From assembly GCA_964466705.1 (NCBI GenBank), contig CAYXSM010000002.1:76983-140982 (forward strand): DNA of 64,000 nt, written 5' to 3'. The DNA is from an uncultured Rikenellaceae bacterium (GTDB lineage Bacteria > Bacteroidota > Bacteroidia > Bacteroidales > VadinHA17). This document shows positions 47,684 through 56,941 of this stretch, piece by piece. How positions within the stretch are numbered: position 1 is the first letter of the stretch; each line of letters opens with the position of its first letter. The notes under the pieces are model-generated. The model was not told where the DNA came from and did not search any database. It saw only the letters and a program-made list of their open reading frames with translations. The position numbers were made by a program, and so were the translations under genes.

Positions 47684-48664
47684 TTAGTCGTTGACTGTAA
47701 ATGCTATTCCGATTTCGAAAGGTTCAGGATTATATCCACCCGGACCTTTCTGGTCGCGGAACCATGGCGTCAGGTAACAGGTGCCATAAATCATGAAGTT
47801 CCCGTATCCGACCCTGGCTGTTGCCCCGCCTCTGAGCAGGTTAAGGTTGTAATCGCCGTTGGCCCTGAATTTTTCATCGTCCTCAAATACCATTTTTGTC
47901 CAGGCATTAAGTTTCAGACCTCCTATTACACCGGCTGCAAGGTTCAGGCGGTTACTGTAACCGGCAGGGATCTGAACCTCGAATAATACGGGCACATTCA
48001 GATACAGTGTGGAGAATTTTGATCTTTTCAGTGGTGAAGGACGATCCGGTACCAGTTCCTCAATATGGGCAGGCCCCTGCGTAATGCTGTTCATTCCTAT
48101 GAATCTGTAATTATTCCAGTTGATCCCGACGCCGGTCACCAGTCCTGAATGACCCGTAAGACCTATACTCAACTGTGATATATTCAGATTAAAACAGAAT
48201 GAGCTGCTCGTATTCAGACGCATGTAAGAGATATTATCCGGCAGTGACATCGATCTGAGATAATTATAATTATTGAATCCGGCTTCTATGCCTGACCAGT
48301 GACCACGAAAGCTTCCGGCTCTCCTGTACCGGTCCCGGCGCTCATGATCATCGTCTCTCAGTTGGCAATCTTCAAACTTATCGTACTTTTCATAAACTAT
48401 CCTGCCGGATCCTTCAAGTGATTCCAGAATGCTCAGTCCACGGTTTCCGACCCGTATGTTGAATGAGGAATCCTGATCCCTGACACTTAACAGATTTTTT
48501 CCAAGCTCAAGACTCAGTTTGTCGCCCGATTCTGAGATAACCATTTGATTGTCTGCCTCTGCAGCAGCATTTTCAGGGTTCTGGGTGAATGACTGACTGA
48601 ATATTGCGGTCAACATCAGTAAAATTATTGTTCTTTTCATCATAAAATGTTTTTTATAAAACAT
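47684..48664 (-). CDS. outer-membrane beta-barrel protein (PorT/OMP_b-brl-like), unknown function
   Basis: Signal peptide MKRTIILLMLTAIFSQSFTQ (from the ATG at 48640). The C-terminal half shows alternating hydrophobic beta-strand periodicity rich in G/N/Y. Confidence 0.55.
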   Translation of the reverse strand: MFYKKHFMMKRTIILLMLTAIFSQSFTQNPENAAAEADNQMVISESGDKLSLELGKNLLSVRDQDSSFNIRVGNRGLSILESLEGSGRIVYEKYDKFEDCQLRDDDHERRDRYRRAGSFRGHWSGIEAGFNNYNYLRSMSLPDNISYMRLNTSSSFCFNLNISQLSIGLTGHSGLVTGVGINWNNYRFIGMNSITQGPAHIEELVPDRPSPLKRSKFSTLYLNVPVLFEVQIPAGYSNRLNLAAGVIGGLKLNAWTKMVFEDDEKFRANGDYNLNLLRGGATARVGYGNFMIYGTCYLTPWFRDQKGPGGYNPEPFEIGIAFTVND

Positions 48665-48784
48665 ATCGGCAAGTTGCTCCTGGATACTGATCTCACTTTA
48701 AATCTCAGTTGATTTGTCTGGCATAGCATTTTTCTGGTTTCTTGCCGGCTGCACACAATTCAGACGGAAGGGGCCGGGAAAAAG

Positions 48785-49891
48785 TTACAAAGGCGGTTCT
48801 CCTTTTTTTACAGGTGCATTGAAATTCAGCATTTTTGAGCTGAAACTCACTGATTTGGTAACACCTTTGTCATCGGTATTTTTAAGTAAAGCCATTTCCC
48901 ATCCCAGAAGCTTATTCAGTCCTGCAACTCCTGCCTCGGCTACTTCAAATGGTTTTATCGGTCTGTCTCCCCGTGTTTTGTCATTCATGATCTTTTCATG
49001 GAAAACCCGTGCCATGAATTTTTCCACATTGCTTCTCCCGTCCGGGACGGGGATGTATACTCCCCTGTCATTGATTTCAATAAGGGTTTTATCTTCATTT
49101 TTTCCCGCAACAAGGATCTTTGAATAGTCCGGCACTTTAGCCCTGGCTATCAGGATGCTGTTGCCTGCACCGGACTCCTGAGCAAGAATATTGTTTTCCG
49201 GCTCAGGAACGTCGGGAAACTGATCAATAGCTGATGGCTTTGTGACGATCTGTATTCTGCCGTTTTCTCCTGCCAATAGTTTCGTCAGATTCGATTGTTC
49301 CGGGATAGCTTTACTTTTAATACGGGCCGGATAGAGTATCTCCAGAGAGTCATCACCGGTACTTACATAACGCAACCGGGAACTATCCGGGTCAATGTGG
49401 GGATAGAAATAATAGGCTAAAAACAGCAAAGTGGCAGCAGCAGCAGAGCTCAGCACTGTTAAAGACAACCTGAAGATCTTTTCGGCAGGCGTTCTTCTTA
49501 CTAATTTCTTTTTTCTTCCAAATTTAACAATGGCTGGTAAAAGCTTCATTTTCTGAATGATCTCAAATTCCCGTTTCTTCACGGAATCATTTTCAATGCC
49601 TGCCAACAGTTCCGAAGCATGTTCCTGATCAAGGTCTTTCTCGAGAAAAGCAACACTTAAGTAATTAATTTGTGAAACGGAAAAATCATCAGGGGATCTT
49701 TTAAGCTCTTCTGCCCGGCTGAAAGTATAACTGCCGGGAGTCAGCTTAAGGGAGTTAAGAGAATCCATTTTTTCCAGGAAATCAGGATTCTCGTCCAGGT
49801 ACTTCATTAGCTGCCCGCACTTTTCATCGCTGAGGGTGCCTTCAAGCCACGCCGAAAACAATATTTCGTAATTCGGTTTTACGGGGTCCAT
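48785..49891 (-). CDS. single-pass membrane protein in the anti-sigma position
   Basis: Starts 2 nt after the sigma stop. Cytoplasmic N-domain, one TM (LSLTVLSSAAAATLLFLAYYFY), and a roughly 200-aa extracytoplasmic domain. No family recognised. Confidence 0.55.
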   Translation of the reverse strand: MDPVKPNYEILFSAWLEGTLSDEKCGQLMKYLDENPDFLEKMDSLNSLKLTPGSYTFSRAEELKRSPDDFSVSQINYLSVAFLEKDLDQEHASELLAGIENDSVKKREFEIIQKMKLLPAIVKFGRKKKLVRRTPAEKIFRLSLTVLSSAAAATLLFLAYYFYPHIDPDSSRLRYVSTGDDSLEILYPARIKSKAIPEQSNLTKLLAGENGRIQIVTKPSAIDQFPDVPEPENNILAQESGAGNSILIARAKVPDYSKILVAGKNEDKTLIEINDRGVYIPVPDGRSNVEKFMARVFHEKIMNDKTRGDRPIKPFEVAEAGVAGLNKLLGWEMALLKNTDDKGVTKSVSFSSKMLNFNAPVKKGEPPL

Positions 49892-49893
49892 TT

Positions 49894-50379
49894 CTAAATA
49901 ATAACTTCAATTTTCTTTATAAAATCCCTGAGGGCCAGTCTGCCCCTGTAAATATTGATCTTCACACGGGCTTCGCTCATGCCGGTTATTTCACCAATTT
50001 CTCTGTAAGAGTAACCTTCGTAATCACGGAGAAGCACAAGCGATTTTTGATTTTCCGGCAGTCTTTCAAGCGCAAGATGCAACACTTCATTCAGATCACT
50101 GTATTGAAGTTCTGTTGCGAAATCATCGTCAGCTGATGGTTTAAGAGATACTATCCGTTTTTCTTTCCTTATGATGTCGATCATTGTATGATAAGCAGTT
50201 GAGAACAGCCACGACCGGACTACAATGTATTCAATATCAGTAACATTTCGCCATAATTTTTCATACGTGTCCTGAACTATATCTCCCGACCTGTCCTCAT
50301 CCTTAAGATTAGCCCTGACAAATCGATAAACGGCGTCAGAGTACTCTTCAACAGCTTTGTTATATTCTTTTACGGTCAT
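49894..50379 (-). CDS. ECF-type RNA polymerase sigma-70 factor
   Basis: Region 2 DIVQDTYEKLW and region 4 HTH YSYREIGEITGMSEARVKINIYRGR. The ATG at 50379 gives about 161 aa; the ORF-track start at 50469 adds a non-conserved extension. Confidence 0.85.
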   Translation of the reverse strand: MTVKEYNKAVEEYSDAVYRFVRANLKDEDRSGDIVQDTYEKLWRNVTDIEYIVVRSWLFSTAYHTMIDIIRKEKRIVSLKPSADDDFATELQYSDLNEVLHLALERLPENQKSLVLLRDYEGYSYREIGEITGMSEARVKINIYRGRLALRDFIKKIEVII

Positions 50380-50667
50380 GTCAAACAATGCAATGTAAAG
50401 ACGGAAAGCTTCTTTAAAAGTTACAAAAATTACCGTATGACCTGCATTTTTTTGCCAATGCCGGATCAAGCCCGGAGAGATTTATATCATTCCTTTAAGT
50501 GAATCAACGGTACACATTACATAGAAAATCCTGCCCGGGGTTAGTTAACGCAACAGGGTTCTGCCAGACCAGTTTCTGCCGGAGAAAGGCGGGAAACAGA
50601 CCTCGCGTAAAAGGCACTCTAATGGTACAGGTAATCAATATGCTGCCTGGATGATCAGGCACGTCCC

Positions 50668-52281
50668 TTATTTGAACTGGTAAATCCTTACCCAGTCGAT
50701 TTCCATGGTTGTAAAACTGCTGATCGGCCTGTCAAGACCACCTGAAAAATTAACATACATAGGTTCCTGCGGCAAATCCGACGATTGCCTGAAGAACTCC
50801 ACACCGTTGATTTTCCATGAGAGATAACTCCTTGTCCATTCAAGGGTATAAATATAGAAGTCATCTGAGTATTTCGATCCGATGGAACTTTTTGCACCTT
50901 TTCCCGGTTTTGGGAAATAATCTGCCCATACCTTACCGCCTGAAGTGCGGCACACATTTATATGGGGAGTTATTTTATCCGCAAGCATCCAGCAGGCATT
51001 TTTGGCTTCCGCATTTCCCAGCTTAATTTTTGCCGAAAATATTCCGTACTTCTGTCTGAAGCTTTTGCCCGAATTTATTATACCTGACGTGTAATTGAAC
51101 TCCTTTGTTTCAAAACCATGTCCGGGGGTCCAGACTTTTCCGGTCATTTTACGGGGCCGTGTAATTATTTTCAGCAGACTGCTGTGAATCTCAAAATTAT
51201 CCTTTTCAGTAAATGTGTGAAGATCAGCACCGACCGAATACCTGTCTTTTAAAAGCTTATCGCCGTAATAATAATTAGTGAGCCATTTTCCTGTATCAAG
51301 TGAGTCTCCTTCAAAATCATCTGAAAAAGTGAGCTCCCTGCTTTTGAGCACATCAAATTTATCTGAATCTTTGATCTTAAAATACCAGATTATATCATCG
51401 TGCTTCCGGATCTTGTCGTATTCAGTAAGATCCCTGAACATATCGGTCTTTTCGAATCGTTTTTTATCTGTAAGGTATTCCTTCCTTTCCCTGAATCCGG
51501 GAGAGGCCAGATATTCTTTCAGCTCAAAATAGCGGGCCAGACGGGCAGATCCGTCAACATTGAGGAAATTTGCATATTCCTTCGATGACTTGAATTTATA
51601 ATATTCCTTAATATCAGGATTGCTTTTCAGCCTTTTATATTCGAGAAGCTTTTTATATTCCTCTGTATCTTTGAAAGTTATAGGCCGCATTTTCTTCTTT
51701 TCAAGGAATCCGGGTGATTTTACGAAAGCAGCCAGCTCCTCAAATTTTATAACTGTCTTTGACTTCTCTGCTTCGCCCTTAGCAGCCGCTTTGTAATAAG
51801 CTTTGACCTCAGGGTCGGATTTCAGGGACCTGAATTCACGAAATTTTCTGTACTCATCAGAATCCTTGAAAGTTATAGGCTTCATTTTTTGTCTCTGCCT
51901 GAATCCGTTGGAATTAATGAAATTCTCAAGAGCTTCAAAATCCCTTATTCTGTCAGTTCCGTCAAGATCCCTGAATCTTTTCAGTACGCCTCCGGCAGAG
52001 GTCCTGAAATAATTTACAATATCCTTGGCCTTCTGCAACGAGAAAAACTCCTTTTCCTTTAAATATTCCTCGGAATCTTTATACCGGAGAGACTCAATTT
52101 CTTTCTTTTTCTGTATAAAAGCCGATGAATTGACAAGGTCTTTTAAACGCAAATATTTTGCCAGGAGATCAGAGTCTGAAAACATATTGAGCTTTTCAAA
52201 TTCCCTGATAAGATCATTCTCTTCCTGTTCTATTTTTGATGTCGAGGGGATTAATCCCAGTAAAAACCTCAGACCAGCCAT
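50668..52281 (-). CDS. repeat protein with C-terminal GH16-fold (ConA-like) domain lacking the catalytic ExDxxE motif
   Basis: GH16 blocks DDFEGDSLDTGKW, YTSGIINS, YGIFSAKIKL, NACWML, FYIYTLEW and MEIDWVRIY are present. The catalytic strand reads PHINVCR (50947-50964). No signal peptide from the ATG at 52281. Confidence 0.7.
   Translation of the reverse strand: MAGLRFLLGLIPSTSKIEQEENDLIREFEKLNMFSDSDLLAKYLRLKDLVNSSAFIQKKKEIESLRYKDSEEYLKEKEFFSLQKAKDIVNYFRTSAGGVLKRFRDLDGTDRIRDFEALENFINSNGFRQRQKMKPITFKDSDEYRKFREFRSLKSDPEVKAYYKAAAKGEAEKSKTVIKFEELAAFVKSPGFLEKKKMRPITFKDTEEYKKLLEYKRLKSNPDIKEYYKFKSSKEYANFLNVDGSARLARYFELKEYLASPGFRERKEYLTDKKRFEKTDMFRDLTEYDKIRKHDDIIWYFKIKDSDKFDVLKSRELTFSDDFEGDSLDTGKWLTNYYYGDKLLKDRYSVGADLHTFTEKDNFEIHSSLLKIITRPRKMTGKVWTPGHGFETKEFNYTSGIINSGKSFRQKYGIFSAKIKLGNAEAKNACWMLADKITPHINVCRTSGGKVWADYFPKPGKGAKSSIGSKYSDDFYIYTLEWTRSYLSWKINGVEFFRQSSDLPQEPMYVNFSGGLDRPISSFTTMEIDWVRIYQFK
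51373..52167 (-). repeat. four tandem ~55-residue protein repeats inside the GH16-like gene
   Basis: Units share ..F..L..F..S.GF...KKM.PITFKD.EEY.K..E...LKS.P..K.YYK. Units 2 and 3 are nearly identical in pattern (KPITFKDSDEYRKFREFRSLKSDPEVKAYYK versus RPITFKDTEEYKKLLEYKRLKSNPDIKEYYK). Confidence 0.7.
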
Positions 52282-52466
52282 ATCAAATATGATTTTATTA
52301 CAAATTGTTAAAATTAAAGAATCTTTCCTGAATAAACGGAGAGACCCGCCAAATATTTGATTACAGGCAATTTTGCTCCAAATTTTGGCATGCAGCACAT
52401 GACATTTTACTTAAATACGTTAAAACAGGCATTTTATTGGCTGTAATAAGATATTCATGAGCCTGC

Positions 52467-52483
52467 ATTTACAGAATGTAAAT
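52467..52483. promoter_or_regulatory. perfect 7-3-7 palindrome ATTTACA-GAA-TGTAAAT, candidate TetR operator
   Basis: Lies in the divergent 290-bp region between the GH16-like gene and the TetR operon. A third TTTACA half-site is at about 52505. Confidence 0.35.
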
Positions 52484-52521
52484 TTATCCGGGAAAAGTTG
52501 CAGTTTTACAAAATTCTTGTT

Positions 52522-52529
52522 TATATTTG
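52522..52529 (+). promoter_or_regulatory. candidate -7 element TATATTTG for the TetR-ABC operon
   Basis: Exact TAnnTTTG, with GTTG 21 nt upstream as a possible -33 element. It lies 42 nt before ATG 52571 and 66 nt before ATG 52595. Confidence 0.35.
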
Positions 52530-52594
52530 ACTAACCGTTCAATCATAAAAATTGGCGGCAGATAACTAACATGTTAAAACTTAATCAGTCAATA

Positions 52595-53227
52595 ATGTCC
52601 CCAAGATCACCTGCAAAGTTCGAAGAAATAAGGGAGGAGAAAAAGGCCCTTATAATGAATACTGCAATGGAGCTCTTTTCCAATGTGGGATTTCATGCCA
52701 CCACAATAACACTTATTGCAAAGAGCGCCGGGATATCGAAGGGATTACTTTATAATTATTTCAGAAGCAAGGAAGAATTGCTGGCAGGAATTGTCAACCG
52801 CTCGCTGTCGGAAATTTACAGTCATTTTGACCCGGATCACGACGGTTACCTTACTGTTGACGAGTTTGAGATGTTTATTCGCAAAGTGTTTAATCTTATC
52901 CGTGAGAAACGCCAGTTCTGGAGGTTGTTATACGGGATTATGCTGCAACGAGGTGTTTACGAGAAAATTTTTAATTCGGAATTTGGTCCGATTCATGTCG
53001 ATTCGGTTCCGCTTCAGGAGTTTTCACAAAACCTCATAAGGCAGTTCACAGAATATTTTAACAGGAAGAAAAAGGACCGGCCGGCTGATTATGATCCTTA
53101 TATAGAAATGGTAATGTTTATGAATACAATAAAAGGATTTGCCATCACATATTTGTTTTCGGATGATTTATACCAGGATGATTATTTTGAAAGAGCAACA
53201 GAAGCCCTGATAAGGACCTACAAATAG
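52595..53227 (+). CDS. TetR/AcrR-family transcriptional regulator
   Basis: N-terminal HTH FHATTITLIAKSAGISKGLLYNYFRSKEEL. An alternative ATG at 52571 adds 8 aa. Confidence 0.85.
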   Translation: MSPRSPAKFEEIREEKKALIMNTAMELFSNVGFHATTITLIAKSAGISKGLLYNYFRSKEELLAGIVNRSLSEIYSHFDPDHDGYLTVDEFEMFIRKVFNLIREKRQFWRLLYGIMLQRGVYEKIFNSEFGPIHVDSVPLQEFSQNLIRQFTEYFNRKKKDRPADYDPYIEMVMFMNTIKGFAITYLFSDDLYQDDYFERATEALIRTYK

Positions 53228-53234
53228 AAGAAAT

Positions 53235-53996
53235 ATGAAGAAGAGTATATTGACAGTTCAGATATCGGCACTTTTTTTCCTTTCAGGACCGGCAGTTGCA
53301 CAGCAGCTGTCAGCAATTGAAATTGTAAGGAAAGCTGACGAAAAATTCAAAGGTGAAAAAAGCGGATACAGTGTAATGGCTATGACCATTATCAGGCCCT
53401 CATGGCAGAGAACGGTGGAATTCAGATCGTGGACCCTGGGTGATGATTATGCTTTAACTCTCATTACAGCGCCCGCACGTGAGAAAGGTCAGACTTTCCT
53501 TAAGCGGGAGAATGAGATGTGGAACTGGAATCCTTCCATAAACAGACTTATAAAACTGCCCCCGTCGATGATGTCACAGGGCTGGATGGGTTCCGATTAT
53601 ACCAATGATGATATTCTGAGGGAATCTTCAGTGGTGAACGATTACCATCACGAGATGGCAGGTGAGGAAATCATTGACGGAAAGATGTGTTACAAAATAA
53701 GGATGGTTGTGAAGGAAGATGCGAAAGTAATCTGGGGTCATCAGGTGAGATGGATTGACAAGAATGATTATCTCTTTCTTAAAGCTGAACTTTATGATGA
53801 GGACGGATCACTTGTCCGGACGGAGAGCGGAAGTGAAATCAGAACAATGGATGGCCGGACAATCCCGACCCGCATTGAACTGGTTCCTGCTGAGGAACCA
53901 GGTAATAAAACCGTGGTGGTAATTAAGGAGATTAAATTCAACATCCCTGTTCAGGAGAATTTCTTCTCGCAACAGAATATGAAAACTGTTAAATAA
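53235..53996 (+). CDS. LolA-like outer-membrane lipoprotein-sorting protein (periplasmic carrier fold)
   Basis: Signal peptide ...FFLSGPAVAQQ. The blocks A.EI..KAD, F.S.M.M.I..P.W.R..E....., W.Y.P....I.K.P and GSDF/YTNDD are as I recall them for the LolA_like family. Confidence 0.7.
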   Translation: MKKSILTVQISALFFLSGPAVAQQLSAIEIVRKADEKFKGEKSGYSVMAMTIIRPSWQRTVEFRSWTLGDDYALTLITAPAREKGQTFLKRENEMWNWNPSINRLIKLPPSMMSQGWMGSDYTNDDILRESSVVNDYHHEMAGEEIIDGKMCYKIRMVVKEDAKVIWGHQVRWIDKNDYLFLKAELYDEDGSLVRTESGSEIRTMDGRTIPTRIELVPAEEPGNKTVVVIKEIKFNIPVQENFFSQQNMKTVK

Positions 53997-54060
53997 AATA
54001 TGCTGCAAATGAATTTATCACAGGTGGAATAACTAAATACTGCCTGATAATTACTCAGAT

Positions 54061-55482
54061 ATGAGAGATAATTTTAAAATAGCATGGAGGAATCTCTGGC
54101 GTAACAGGCGCAGGACGATTATTACTTCTGCGTCGGTCTTTTTCGCAGTTTTTTTTGCTGTTATTATGAGATCCTATCAGCTTGGCACTTACGATCAGGT
54201 AATAACCAATCTGATTGAATCTTTTTCAGGATATATTCAGGTACAGCATATTGAATATCAGGACAACCCTCTTATCGATAATTCATTTGAATATGATGAA
54301 GTTCTCAGCGAAAAGATTTCTGACATTGACAGAGTGACCTCAGTCACCCCTCATCTGGAATCTTTCGCTCTGGCTTCCAGCGGTCCGCAGACCAGGGGAG
54401 TCGCAATAGTGGCGATTGATCCGGAAAAAGAAAGGAATTTCACAGACCCCGAGAGCAAGCTTGTAAGGTACAGGATTAATAAGGAGATAACAGAAAAGTA
54501 TGACAGAAGGGATGACATTCCAGAAAGTGTTAAGGAAAAACTGAAAAAGAACCTGGACCGTTCTTACTCATCCAGGGCAAGACTTGAGCTGGAGATGGGT
54601 CTTACCAGGGAAGAAAGCAGGCTCTATTTGGATGATATAATGAGAAGTACAGCGATTACCAACGGATACCTTTCAGAACATGATGATGGGGTCCTTGTGT
54701 CTGACAGACTTGCCGGTTATCTGAAAGCCGGAATAGGAGATACTGTTATTCTTATAGGACAGGGATATCACGGATCGTCAGCCGCTGGTATTTTTCCCGT
54801 CAGAGGGATAATAAAGATACCATCTCCGGATATTGACAACCGACTGATCATTATGACAATACCTGCAGCCCAAAAATTTTTCGGTTCTGAGGGCAGGATT
54901 ACATCCCTGGCGATTAATCTTACGGGTAAATCAAAAAGGATCCTGAAAAATGCCAAAGATCAGATCAATTCCATCATTGAGGACGGCAACACGGTTGCAA
55001 AAACATGGTCTGAGTTGAACCCGGTGCTTTATCAGCAGATCCAGGGAGACAATCAGAGTGGGGCTGCAATGCTTGGGATGCTTTATTTTATAATATTCTT
55101 CGGCATTTTCGGAACTGTGCTGATGATGATCGCGGAAAGGAAAAGGGAATTTGGCGTAATGATTGCAATCGGAATGCAGAAAAAGAAACTCAAGGGAATC
55201 ATCACGATTGAAATGGCTCTGCTGGGAGCCATAGGAGTTATCAGCGGAATGATTGCCAGCGCTCCGGTAATATTATATTTCTATTATTTTCCGGTCGTTC
55301 TCGCAGGTGATCTGGGCAAAATGATGGAAGACTATGGCTGGGATGCCGTAATGCCAACAGCCTGGTTTGGTCCATACTTTTACTGGCAGGCAGTGATCGT
55401 CGCAATAATGGTTTCAGTGGCAACGCTTTATCCAAGAAGAAAAATCGGGAAGCTGAAAGAAATAGAAGCACTGAGGAGTTAA
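54061..55482 (+). CDS. FtsX/MacB-type ABC transporter permease 1
   Basis: AWRNLWRNRRRT N-terminus. One TM, then a roughly 300-aa periplasmic domain, then three C-terminal TMs with the ERKREFGVMIAIGM motif. Confidence 0.85.
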   Translation: MRDNFKIAWRNLWRNRRRTIITSASVFFAVFFAVIMRSYQLGTYDQVITNLIESFSGYIQVQHIEYQDNPLIDNSFEYDEVLSEKISDIDRVTSVTPHLESFALASSGPQTRGVAIVAIDPEKERNFTDPESKLVRYRINKEITEKYDRRDDIPESVKEKLKKNLDRSYSSRARLELEMGLTREESRLYLDDIMRSTAITNGYLSEHDDGVLVSDRLAGYLKAGIGDTVILIGQGYHGSSAAGIFPVRGIIKIPSPDIDNRLIIMTIPAAQKFFGSEGRITSLAINLTGKSKRILKNAKDQINSIIEDGNTVAKTWSELNPVLYQQIQGDNQSGAAMLGMLYFIIFFGIFGTVLMMIAERKREFGVMIAIGMQKKKLKGIITIEMALLGAIGVISGMIASAPVILYFYYFPVVLAGDLGKMMEDYGWDAVMPTAWFGPYFYWQAVIVAIMVSVATLYPRRKIGKLKEIEALRS

Positions 55483-55497
55483 CTAAAGCTCAATGTT

Positions 55498-56922
55498 ATG
55501 ATAATGTCTATCTCATGGAAGAATGTATGGCGCAACAGAAACCGCAGCCTTGTGGTGATTATAGCCGTAACTCTGGGAATAATTGCCGGCGTGCTTCTGG
55601 TGGGCATAATGAAAGGATGGGTCGAACAACGCCTGCATGATGCAATTTATAATGAGGTTTCGCATCTTCAGATACACAATTCAGAATACCTCAAAAATGA
55701 AGAGATCATTCTTACCGTCAATGATACGGCAGAAATTGCCGGAGCAATAAAATCATTACCTGATCTTTCAGGCTGGGTAAAAAGGACAAAAATGTTTGCC
55801 ATGGCCGGCACTCCCTGGGCAACTACCGGAATAAATATTTACGGAACAGACCCCGGCAAAGAGAAACAGGTAACAGAGATCTACAAAAAGGTTATTAACG
55901 GCGCCGGAGAATATCTCGGGGAACAAAGATCAGGTAATATACTTATAAGCGATAAGACCGCCGAGATTCTGAAACTTAAACAATATGTCATAACCCATGA
56001 GATTGCCGGGAAACTCAGTGAAGAAAAAATTCCCGCAGATGTTTTGGAGAAGCTGAATGATATTACGGATATCCGGTTCAGATCTCCGAAAGATTTCAGG
56101 GAAGCTCTCAAAAACCGGCTTTCGCGGAATGAGCTGGACAGGTATGGATTGATAATTGTTGATGAGGCACTTGATTACAGGATCAGAAGCAAGATACTCA
56201 TAACATTTTCTGACAAATCAGGTACTCCCGTACAAGGTACATTCAGGGTTTGTGGAATTTACAAGACAACCAACGGCGGTTTTGACCAGGTTTCGGCCTT
56301 CGTACATGCAGAAGATCTGGCAGAACTTTACGGAGAAGAAGGCGTTCTGACCCATGAAATAGCGATTATGCTCAATGATATTGACAATGCCGGCGCGGCT
56401 AAGGAACTGCTGTCCGGAATATCGCCCCTGAATACGGTCAGTACATGGAAAGAGCTGGCTCCCGATGCTGCAATGATGAATGACTACATGGTCGCCTATT
56501 ACTTTATTTTTATAGGTATAATCATGCTTGCGCTTGCTTTTGGAATTATAAATACCATGCTTATGACAATACTGGAAAGGACAAGAGAGATCGGGATGCT
56601 GATGGCTGTTGGCATGAACCGGCGCAGGGTTTTCAGTATGATCTTAATGGAAACCATATTTTTAACTATTGTAGGAGCATTGGCGGGAATGGTGTCAGGA
56701 TGGTCTCTTGTCAGGATTCTTGGAAGAACAGGAATACATTTTTCAGGCTGGGGAGAGGGCTTCGAAGCCATGGGATTTTCTGCCAGGGTGTACCCGGTCA
56801 TTACGCTTGATTTTTTCCTGTTCAGTATTTTTATTGTGATTGCCACGGCAATCATTTCTTCAATCTGGCCGGCCAGGAAAGCTTTAAAGCTTAATCCGGT
56901 AGATGCCCTCAGGACCGAATAA
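55498..56922 (+). CDS. FtsX/MacB-type ABC transporter permease 2
   Basis: SWKNVWRNRNRS N-terminus, same 1+3 TM topology, and ERTREIGMLMAVGM motif. Confidence 0.85.
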   Translation: MIMSISWKNVWRNRNRSLVVIIAVTLGIIAGVLLVGIMKGWVEQRLHDAIYNEVSHLQIHNSEYLKNEEIILTVNDTAEIAGAIKSLPDLSGWVKRTKMFAMAGTPWATTGINIYGTDPGKEKQVTEIYKKVINGAGEYLGEQRSGNILISDKTAEILKLKQYVITHEIAGKLSEEKIPADVLEKLNDITDIRFRSPKDFREALKNRLSRNELDRYGLIIVDEALDYRIRSKILITFSDKSGTPVQGTFRVCGIYKTTNGGFDQVSAFVHAEDLAELYGEEGVLTHEIAIMLNDIDNAGAAKELLSGISPLNTVSTWKELAPDAAMMNDYMVAYYFIFIGIIMLALAFGIINTMLMTILERTREIGMLMAVGMNRRRVFSMILMETIFLTIVGALAGMVSGWSLVRILGRTGIHFSGWGEGFEAMGFSARVYPVITLDFFLFSIFIVIATAIISSIWPARKALKLNPVDALRTE

Positions 56923-56941
56923 TACACAAAACTGATATGCC

